From an uncultured Gemmatimonadales bacterium (GTDB lineage Bacteria; Gemmatimonadota; Gemmatimonadetes; Longimicrobiales; RSA9), in NCBI GenBank assembly GCA_963741945.1, contig CAVUKA010000003.1, positions 668,522-732,521 on the forward strand: 64,000 bases of DNA. Direction: 5' to 3'. The translations under genes were made by a program, and so were the position numbers. Under the pieces are notes generated by a model. That model saw only the letters and a program-made list of their open reading frames with translations. It made no database searches and had not been told where the DNA came from. The first letter of the stretch is position 1. Every line of letters starts with the position of its first letter. Of this stretch, positions 54,192 to 62,576 are shown piece by piece.

Positions 54192-55264
54192 GACACCGCC
54201 TTGAGGCGACTGGCGCGGCGAACTGCGGCAGGACGAGGAAGGTCCGCCGCCTCCGCCGACTCCAGCCATTGTACCAGCCGCCCCAGCCCCTCGTCCACGC
54301 CCACGCGCGGGCGCCAGTCCAGCCGCTCGCGGATCTTGCGCGTGTCGGAGATGTACACGCGCTGGTCGCCCGGACGCCACCCGGCCATGCGCACCGGGAC
54401 GTCCCTCCCGGTGATCCGGCTCAGCCGGTCCACCACCTCGCGGACGGACACGGCATTCGACGGACCGCCGCCCACGTTGAACACTTCGCCGGCGACCTCA
54501 TGGGACCGATCGAGCGCCGACCGCATCACGCGGACGAGATCCTCCACCCAGAGGATGTCGCGGACCTGGTGGCCGTCGCCGTAGATCGTGATCGGGTCGC
54601 CCGCCAGGATCGCCCGGGCGAAATGGGCCACCCACCCCTGGTCCTCCGTGCCCCACTGCCGGTGCCCGAAGATGCAGCTCATGCGCAGCACCACGGTGGG
54701 AATGTCGAAGATGCGCGCGTAGTCGTGGACGTACTGGTCCGCCGCGCCTTTCGAACAGCCGTAGGGCGAGTGGAAATCCAGCGGCGTGTCCTCGCCCACG
54801 CCCTCACGCCCGCCCGCGAAGACGTAGCGGTCGCGGTCGTGCTCCACCCCCACGCCATCGAGCGCGCCATACACCTTGTTGGTGGACGTGAACAGGATCG
54901 CCGGCGGGCGGTCCAGCTTCCGCGCGGCCTCCAGGATGTTGAACGTCCCCACCAGGTTCGTGCGCAGGTCGTCCGCCGGATCCTCCAACGACGTCGTCAC
55001 CGCCACCTGCGCCGCCAGGTGGAAGACCCGGTCGGCGCCGCTCACGAGCCGCTTCACCAGGTCCGCGTCTCCCACGTCGCCTACCTCGAGGCGGGCGGCG
55101 CCATTGTAGCGGCGCTTCAGCCATTCCGCGTTCCGGACCACGCCCGGACGGGAGAGGTTGTCCAGCAGCACCACGCCCTCGCCGTTCCGCAGATGCGCGT
55201 CGGCGAGGTTGGAGCCGATGAACCCGGCGCCCCCCGTGATCAGTGTATAGCCGTTTCCCTTCAT
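54188..55264 (-). CDS. NAD-dependent sugar-nucleotide epimerase/dehydratase (extended SDR, CDP-paratose 2-epimerase-like)
   Basis: ITGGAGFIGSNL, STNKVYG and YGCSKGAADQY (YxxxK) motifs. ATG 55264 is preceded by GAGGGAAG. Confidence 0.85.
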   Translation of the reverse strand: MKGNGYTLITGGAGFIGSNLADAHLRNGEGVVLLDNLSRPGVVRNAEWLKRRYNGAARLEVGDVGDADLVKRLVSGADRVFHLAAQVAVTTSLEDPADDLRTNLVGTFNILEAARKLDRPPAILFTSTNKVYGALDGVGVEHDRDRYVFAGGREGVGEDTPLDFHSPYGCSKGAADQYVHDYARIFDIPTVVLRMSCIFGHRQWGTEDQGWVAHFARAILAGDPITIYGDGHQVRDILWVEDLVRVMRSALDRSHEVAGEVFNVGGGPSNAVSVREVVDRLSRITGRDVPVRMAGWRPGDQRVYISDTRKIRERLDWRPRVGVDEGLGRLVQWLESAEAADLPRPAAVRRASRLKAVS

Positions 55265-55275
55265 TCTTCCCTCAC

Positions 55276-56401
55276 TCAGAATGCGAGACCGCGAGCGGCC
55301 AGGTCGGCTGCGTGTTCGCCCGCTTTCGAATCGGGACGATCCTGCGTCCGCAGCCACCCCAGCAGCTCCGTCATTCCGTCCTCCAGCATCACCTGCGGCT
55401 CGTAGCCCAGCAGTTCCCTCGCACGACCAATGTCCGCCGTGCAGTGCCGGACATCACCGACGCGGTACCGCCCGGTCACCTCAGGATTCGATGTCCTCGC
55501 CCAGCACCTCCGCCAGCATCCGGGCCACTCCCGCGATCGTCACCGGCTGGCCCGAACCGATGTTCAGCACTTCACCCACCGCCGCCTGCCTCTCGGCCGC
55601 GAGCAGAAGAGCGCGCACGATGTCGTGCACGGAGACGAAGTCCCGCTGCTGGGCGCCATCCTCGTAGATCAGTGGCGACTCACCATTGAGGAGGCGGGAG
55701 GAGAAGATGGCCACGACCCCCGTATACGGATTGGACAGGGCCTGGCGCGGTCCGTAGATGTTGAAGAAGCGCAGTGCCGTCACCGGGATGTCATACGCCT
55801 CCCCGATGATGAGGCTCGCCTGCTCCTGGTCCTTCTTCGTGAGCGCGTAGATCGATGTGGGATCGAGCGCCTTGCCCTCATCCGTGGGCACCGGCTCCAG
55901 TTCCGTGCCGTCCGGGTCCCGCAGCTCCCACCGGTGCGCCTTCAGGTCCTCGGGCCGGCGCCGGCGCGTCTCCGGCTCGCGTCCGTCCGGTCGCCTGTAC
56001 CGGCCTTCGCCGTAAATGGACATGGAGCTCGCCACCACCAGACGGTCCAGTGGCGAGCCCCGGTCCACCAGCGCCTGGAGCAGGTTCGCGGTGCCCTGCG
56101 TGTTCGTTTCGGTGTAGTCCGCCACCTGGTACATCGACTGGCCGACGCCCACGGCGGCGGCGAGGTGGTAGACGACGTCGACGTCGTCCAGCACCCGGGC
56201 CCAGATGCCCCGGTCCCGCACGTCCCCACGCACCAGCTCCGCCGCGGACGAGAGCCACGCCGGTGGCTTCCGCTCGGGGCCGTGGACCTGCGGATCCAGG
56301 TTGTCCAGCACGCGGACCCGATCACCACGCTCGACGAGCGCGTCCACGAGATGGCTGCCGACGAACCCGGCGCCCCCGGTCACAAGCACGTGCCTGCTCA
56401 T
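55276..56401 (-). CDS. NAD-dependent epimerase/dehydratase (extended SDR), reading frame interrupted at ~55481-55490
   Basis: VTGGAGFVGSHL and YALTKKDQE (YxxxK). The 0-frame stops at TGA 55483..55481 after ..LAEVLGEDIES. The expected C-terminus (PE)VTGRYRVGDVRHCTADIGRARELLGYEP... continues in track ORF 55276..55479, shifted by one nt. ATG 56401 overlaps the upstream TGA. Confidence 0.8.
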
Positions 56402-57240
56402 TCGTCGCCGCCGCCGTTCCCGACCGCCGCATCCCCGGCCGGCCGGATCATTCCCGTGGCTTCCGGTCCTCCCGCTCCAGGCACTTCGTCCGGTGCGCAG
56501 AAGTACACGCCCGGGCCTGCGTGCCTCTCGATGCGGAACCCGGCCGCCCGCAGCAGCGCGGCGGCTCCCGCCTCGTTGGCCACCCACCAGTTCGTCGGGT
56601 CTCCGGCATAGCGCCGCTCGATGAAGTGAAGCCGGGGGAAGCGTGGATCCTCGAAGACGCTGGTCTCTTCGAACGGGTAATCGGGCGCCACTTCCATGGG
56701 CTCGGCATCGCCCCGGACCAGGGTCTGGAAGACGAGCCGCTCGCCCACCACCTGTCGCACGCGGTCGAGTCCGAGGAGCGGATGCCGCAGGTGGTAGAGG
56801 ACGCCCATGAAGACCACGTAGTCGAACCGGCGGCCGAGCTCCGCGACGTCGTACGCCTCCATCTCCAGGAAGCGCACGTCGCCGTGCCCCAGGACGTCCG
56901 CCGCGTAGCGCGCCTGGTCCAGGTACCGCGGGTTGTGGTCCACCCCGGTCACCTCCGCGCCACGGTCCGCCAGCTGGAACGCATAGAATCCCGCGTTGCA
57001 GCCGATGTCCAGCACCGTCTTTCCCGTCATGTCCGCGGGGAACGCCGGCTCCACCGTGCGCCAGAGGTCCCGCAGGAAATTCCCGAGCGGATGGTCCGGA
57101 GCGGTCCGCACGCCATCCAGATTCAGGTCGTGGAACCATGGCCCCAGCGCCTCGACCTCCCTCCGGATTTCGCCGCGAGACCCGGCCTCCGCTACCGCCG
57201 CCCGCCCTGCGTCCCTCACGTTCACCCCCTCCCCGGCCAT
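56398..57240 (-). CDS. Class I SAM-dependent methyltransferase (CmoB/DUF1698-like)
   Basis: WFHDLNLDG..., SAM motif I VLDIGCNAGFY, and FMGVLYHLRHPLLGL plus LVFQTLV blocks as in CmoB-type enzymes. This is the first gene of the operon. Confidence 0.82.
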   Translation of the reverse strand: MAGEGVNVRDAGRAAVAEAGSRGEIRREVEALGPWFHDLNLDGVRTAPDHPLGNFLRDLWRTVEPAFPADMTGKTVLDIGCNAGFYAFQLADRGAEVTGVDHNPRYLDQARYAADVLGHGDVRFLEMEAYDVAELGRRFDYVVFMGVLYHLRHPLLGLDRVRQVVGERLVFQTLVRGDAEPMEVAPDYPFEETSVFEDPRFPRLHFIERRYAGDPTNWWVANEAGAAALLRAAGFRIERHAGPGVYFCAPDEVPGAGGPEATGMIRPAGDAAVGNGGGDE

Positions 57241-57467
57241 TCGTTCGCGTCCCCCAATGCAGGAGAGCCGCGTCCAGTGCTGGCGGCGCGGCTCTGCAAT
57301 TTCGTGAACTCGGCAACGCCCTTCGCTCAGCGGTCGCTGCCCATGTGGCGAAAAGCTCTACGCAAGCTCTCTGCCATCATCTCAGAACGCGTATGTAGAT
57401 GCGAAGGTCGGGCGGCGCACCGGCTCGGAGCGGCGCTGGCCGGGCCGCGGGGTGGAGGCTCGCCCCG

Positions 57468-57782
57468 TCAGGCGACCTGGGTGCCCTCGCGTTCGACGGC
57501 CTCGGTATCCGCCCCGGTGGCGGACGGCTGGTCGGGGGCGGGGTCGTCGTCGTGGAGGACGCGGCCGTCGCTGCCGAGGTGGCGGGCGGCGATGGGGTGC
57601 AGCTCCTTCAGCTTCCCCTGGACATGGTCGAGGTGCGGCAGCACGTGCGCCCTGTAGCAGGCCGGGCAGAGATGGAAGTAGCCGTGATCCGGGCGCAGGT
57701 CGATGAACGGGCCGAACCACAGGGTCATCAGCCCGATCATCTTCTGCGGGTTGGAGGACCCGCACCGCTGGCAAAGCGGCAT
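57468..57782 (-). CDS. Small hypothetical Cys4 (zinc-ribbon-like) protein
   Basis: MPLCQRCGSSNPQ...HLCPACYRAHV has two CxxC pairs with strongly G/C-ending codons. GGAGG lies 11 nt before ATG 57782; the track start at 57794 is a GTG directly abutting the RBS. Confidence 0.55.
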   Translation of the reverse strand: MPLCQRCGSSNPQKMIGLMTLWFGPFIDLRPDHGYFHLCPACYRAHVLPHLDHVQGKLKELHPIAARHLGSDGRVLHDDDPAPDQPSATGADTEAVEREGTQVA

Positions 57783-57941
57783 CGCCACATTCACCTCCGG
57801 CCGGGAGGACCACGTCTCAATTTCGCTGGTCGTGGCAGGGAACGACAGGTTGAAGGCGACGCGTGGCCCGTTCCCGTGGCGAGGGAGTGCCCGCTCGCCG
57901 GTGAGGCGGGGCCGCCGGCCAGGCTGGCGGAATCCTGGCCG

Positions 57942-59651
57942 TCAGCTTCCGCTGACCACCAGGACCTCGCCTTCGCGGAGCGGCCGCGCGCGGCCCATGG
58001 AGTTCCAGCGCACCAGGTCGTTGATGTGGACCCCGTATCGCCGGGCCACGGACGTCAGCGTCTCACCGCGCGCCACCCGGTGCCGCTCCGCTGCCGGCGG
58101 AGCCACGCGGATGACCTCTCCCGTGCGCAGCGGCCGCGCCCGCTCCATTCCGTTCCAGCGCACCAGGTCGTCCAGGCTCACGCCGAGCGAAACCGCCAGC
58201 TCGCTCATGGTGTCGCCGGGGCCCACGCGGTGGGTCTCTCGGTCGGCGACGGCGGGTGTGGCCCGCGCGGCCGCCGCCACCTTGCCCGCGGGGGCGACGG
58301 CCGTGGTGCTGGACGGGTGGCCTTCGCCGGCCGCGGACGCCACGGCACCAGCCGAGCGGGCGCTCGACTGGCCGGCCGTCGTGGCCAGCTGGGAGTCCGT
58401 CACGATGGTACGGTCCACGAGGAGGCGCATCCCGGGCTGGATGATGTCCCGCACTTTCGGGTTGAGGGCGCGGAGCTGCTTGAGCGTCACACCGTGCGCA
58501 CGGGCGATCCGCCAGAGCGAGTCCCCGGACTTCACCACCACCCAGACCTCCCGGTATTCCGGCAGGATTCGATCCGGCAGGGGGAGTGCCGCGAGCCGGT
58601 CCCCGAACTCGGGTTGGAGTGCGCCCACGGGCACGCGAATCGGGTATTTCAACCCCGGAGGCGCCGCCCCGCGCACCAGGTGCGGGTTGAGGTTCTTGAC
58701 CGAGTCGACGGAGATGCCGGAGGCCCGCGCCACTGCGCTCAGGCGGGTGCGGCCGTCCACCAGAACGGTGTCGTACGCCAGTGGTGGCTCCTCCGCCACC
58801 TCCGTGAACCCGTACCGCTCCCGGTTGCGGGCCACGTGCGCCGCGGCCAGGATCAGCGGTACGTAGCTCCGGGTTTCCGCCGGCAGGCGACCCTCGCGGA
58901 CCAGCTGGAAGTACCCGGCCCCCGATCCGTTCTGCGCCCGGCGAACCCGTCCCAGGCCGGCGTTGTACGCAGCCGCCGCCAGCGCCCAGTCGCCGAGTTC
59001 GTCGTGGAGCAAGGCCAGATGCACCACGGCCGCCCGCGTCGCCGCCACCGGGTCCCGCCGCTCGTCCACCCAGTCGTCGATCCTCAGACCGGAATAGCGG
59101 CCGGTGCTGCGCATGAATTGCCACAGCCCCACCGCCTTCGCACGCGACACCACCGTGGCTGAGAAGCCGCTCTCCAGCATCGCCAGGTAGAGCAGCTCCT
59201 CCGGGAGACCCGCGCTCCGCAGCTCCCCCAGGATCAGGTCCCGGTATCGCCCCTCGCGCGACAGCCACCTCTCGAAGTTGGCTCGCGCCCTACCGGCATG
59301 GAACAGCTCCACATCCCGCTCCACCTCCGCAGCGATCTCTGGAGGAAGGGTCCCGTCCTCTCCGGCGAACAACCCGTTCAGCGTCAGCGCCTCCGCCGCA
59401 TCCAGCTCCGCAGGCAGCGATCCGTCCGCCTCCTCCAGCGCCGCGTCCCCCAGCTCCTCCAGGCCGGCCGGATCCCCCATTCCATCCGCGGAGCCGTCCA
59501 GGTACGCCGTCTCCGCGGCATCCGCCATCTCGCTTCCGACCTCCTCCGGGACCGGACCGGCTACGCGCACGCCTCCGCAGCCGGCCAGCGCGAACGCGAG
59601 TGCGAGGGGGACCAGGGTACCGGGACCGCGTCGTCGCTGGGTATCAGGCAT
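57942..59651 (-). CDS. Membrane-bound lytic murein transglycosylase (MltD-like) with three C-terminal LysM domains
   Basis: Lipobox ALAFALAGC and SLT catalytic block LYLAMLESGFSATVVSRAKAVGLWQFMRSTG..AAAYNAG. There are three LysM repeats (VKSGDSLWRIARAHGVTLKQLRALN; VGPGDTMSELAVSLGVSLDDLVRWN; VARGETLTSVARRYGVHINDLVRWN). It is part of the 1589-aa composite track ORF. Confidence 0.9.
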   Translation of the reverse strand: MPDTQRRRGPGTLVPLALAFALAGCGGVRVAGPVPEEVGSEMADAAETAYLDGSADGMGDPAGLEELGDAALEEADGSLPAELDAAEALTLNGLFAGEDGTLPPEIAAEVERDVELFHAGRARANFERWLSREGRYRDLILGELRSAGLPEELLYLAMLESGFSATVVSRAKAVGLWQFMRSTGRYSGLRIDDWVDERRDPVAATRAAVVHLALLHDELGDWALAAAAYNAGLGRVRRAQNGSGAGYFQLVREGRLPAETRSYVPLILAAAHVARNRERYGFTEVAEEPPLAYDTVLVDGRTRLSAVARASGISVDSVKNLNPHLVRGAAPPGLKYPIRVPVGALQPEFGDRLAALPLPDRILPEYREVWVVVKSGDSLWRIARAHGVTLKQLRALNPKVRDIIQPGMRLLVDRTIVTDSQLATTAGQSSARSAGAVASAAGEGHPSSTTAVAPAGKVAAAARATPAVADRETHRVGPGDTMSELAVSLGVSLDDLVRWNGMERARPLRTGEVIRVAPPAAERHRVARGETLTSVARRYGVHINDLVRWNSMGRARPLREGEVLVVSGS

Positions 59652-59725
59652 TCGTTCTCTGGCTTTGGGGCGGTGCGAGGGGACGCACAAACATCTGTCG
59701 GATCCCCGCACCTCCGCAACCCCCA

Positions 59726-62576
59726 TCAGCCCCCGGGATCCGGATCGCTGAGGTAGCCCACCGCCTCGTCCTGGTCGCCGTTCATCAGGACGCGCAGGAT
59801 CCTGCCACCGGTCACGGCCGGGACATCGATCACGCGGAGCGCGGACGCCACGTGGGCGAACTCCGGCACCAGCTCCGGCAGCAGGTTGGGCGACTCGAGG
59901 AAGAACGCGTCCATGAACCGGTTGCCCGGCTCGTCGGGGTAGAGCGGGAGGTAGCGGATCTCCGCTTCCACGAGGTCCTGGAAGAAATGGGTGCCGAAGG
60001 ACAGGTCCGGCAGGTAGCTCCCCTTGCGACGGGCGATCTCGGCGAGCACCGCCGTGTTGTTGATGTCCGCGTAGGTGACGCTCACGCCCAGGTGGATGTC
60101 GCCCCGGCTGCCCCATCGTCCGGGGCCCATGAGGATGAAGCGGCGGCGTGGGAGCAGCTTGTTGAGCCGCCCCACGGCCCGGCCGACGTCCAGGAGGTGC
60201 TTGCGGTCCGGCAGCTCGGCATACGCATCCGGATCCACGTAGACGACGTGCGTCAGCTCGGGGGCCGCGCCGTTGGAAATGTGCCGCTGACCGGTGAAGA
60301 GGATGCGGTCGTCCGACAGGTCCCGGGGGATGAGGGCGCCGACGGCCGCGCCGAGTGCCGACTGCGGCCGGCACTGGAGCAGGTAGAAAGTGTCCCCGTC
60401 GGACGCGAACTCGACGTCCACGGGCATGCCGAGGCGGGCACCCAGCACGTCCAGCAGCGTGGCCACCTGCGCCATGAACGGGGAGTCGTCGGTGAGGCCT
60501 TCGAACGTGACCACGGCGTCTTCGTTTTCGAAATCGACGGCGAGGCCGCGTGGGCGCCGCGCGCGCCCGTTCTCCAGGACGGAAACGATCTTCTTGATCT
60601 GGGGCAGCTCCCGGCCGCATTCCCGGAGCATGCGGTCCACCGGCACGGTCTCCAGCTCGTTGGACTCCAGGTTGATCACATCCATGAAGCGCGGGGCGTA
60701 CCGCACCATCTCCTCGACGGTCGTGTTGACCCGCAGCCCCGGCTGGCGGGGCGCCAGGAGCACGGAATAGTCGTCGCTGGTGCGATCCACGGCGCGCGTG
60801 CCGAGCCCCGGGACGAGCCGGACGAGCCCGTCCTCGCGCCGGATCCGGGGTGACCACCGGAACTCGTTGTGGCTCAACGCCACACCCGAGTAGGCGGGGA
60901 GGAAGTACCGGCCCACCCGATTGCCCACCACTTCCTGGATCATGATCCCCATCTCCTCGTGGACGTCGAGGAGGCCGCGCTCGGCGCGGTATTCGATGGG
61001 GTCCGGCGCGAAAATGGAGGCGTAGACCTCGGCTACGGCGTCCTGCAGCGCGCTCAGCCGCTCGGCCTTGCTCCCCTGGTTGGCCAGGAACAGGCTCTTG
61101 TACTTGCCACTGAACGCGGAGCCGGTGCGGTCCTCCAGCAGGCTCGAGCTGCGCACGATGAGCGGCACGTCGCCGAGATCGTCCAGCGCAGCCGCCAGCC
61201 CCTTCTCCAGCTCCGGCGGGAACGCGGCGCTCTTGAACACCTGGACCACGTGCGGATACTGCTGTCGCACCCGGTCGATCTCCAGGTACTTGTGGTCGTA
61301 GATGTCGTCCAGGTTGTTGTAGCGGACGAACGCCAGCACCGCGTCCGAGGCGATGTACCAGGTGCGGGGCACCCGCACGTTCGACAGCACGCCCTGGAAT
61401 TCCGCCGAGCTCTCCACCACCCGCTGGGCCAGGAACACGCCCGCGCTCTTGCCGCCCAGGCGGCCGTGGCTGCCGTGGGGCGCCAGGAGGTGGCGGGCCA
61501 GGCGGTGGAAATCGGACACCTGGACCACGCTCCGGGCCGTGTTGATGAACCCGATCTGGTCCGTGAAGAACCGGCGCAGCAGTGCCACGCGCAGCATGGT
61601 CTGGACGGAACGGGGAAGCTCGGCCTCGTCCACTCCGAGCGCCTGGAACCGCTCCAGCGCCTCGGTGACCTCCCCGAGCGATGAGCCCTGGTCTTCCAGC
61701 AGGTGGATCAGGAAGCTGGCCTTGTCCTGGCTGATCCACATCTCGGATGTGGCCGAGGATGTCCTCCTCCGGCAGGTGCTCCGCCGCCACCCGGAACACC
61801 TCCTCCGTGGACGGCGTCGCGGCACCCGGCGTCACACGGGAGAGCGGCCGGTTCTCATCCTGGTCCGACCCGCCGCTCTCCTCCCGCGACGCCCCCGGCA
61901 CCAGCGCGTCCGCCTGCGCCACACCCTTCCAGCGGAGGTGGTTCAGCATCTTGCGCGTGATCCACTCCACCAGCCCCGGGTCCGTGCGGCGGAGGAAGTC
62001 CACGATGACCCGCCACTTGGCCCGACGCTCCTCGCCGAACCACTCCACTTCCCTGCCGCGCCGCCGCTCCCGGGCCGCTGCCAGCTCCTGGCGCATGATG
62101 AAGAACGCGAGGCGCTCCGCCACCGCCCGGAGCAGCTGGCGCTCTTCCTTCAGGAACGGTCCGTGATCCGCCTCGGGCCGCGGTTCCGTGTAGTAGAGGC
62201 TGAGCTCGCCAACCGCGTCGTCGCCCACCACCACGGGCGCGCGCTGCACCCACGGCGTCTCGCGGAAGCCGGGGAGGTGGAACTCCCGGCCGCCCAGGAC
62301 CAGCGCCGGCTGTGCGACGCCCGGGTACTGCCAGCCACCGGGGAGCGTCTCGAGCACGCGGCGAAAGAGCTCGTCCTCGGGCTCTTCCCGGCTCAGAATG
62401 TCGTCCACCCGGTACAGGCAGCTCAGCTCTTTCGCGCGCTCCCGCAGCGCCCCCATGACGGGGTCGTTCAGCAGGTGCTCCTCGGCCGTCGCCCCATCCA
62501 TGCTCTCTTCGTCCACCTCTTCTGCCCGGCCACCCTGGCCGCTCCCCGCCAGCTGGCGGTGCTCATCACTGCTCAT
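59726..62576 (-). CDS. PEP/pyruvate-binding (PPDK_N-type ATP-grasp) protein with N-terminal GAF-like sensor module; frame interrupted at ~61742-61760
   Basis: ATG 62576 is preceded by GGAAGGGGAGAG and overlaps the upstream TGA. The N-terminus reads RERAKELSCLYRVDDIL...GGWQYPGV...GPFLKEERQLLRAVAERL. After ...EEDILGHI the sensible sequence (EMWISQDKASFLIHLLEDQ...GRLGGKSAGVFLA...PLIVRSSSLLEDRTGSAFSGKYKS...) continues in track ORF 59726..61825, shifted by one nt. Confidence 0.78.

Noticed and set aside
55470-55495. Programmed prfB-like +1 ribosomal frameshift in the epimerase gene
   Set aside because: It is kept only as a remote possibility under findings. UCC-to-CCU re-pairing is poor and the SD-like spacing differs from prfB. 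Two other same-sign frame breaks in the window lack any stop or slippery context, which favours indel artefacts.
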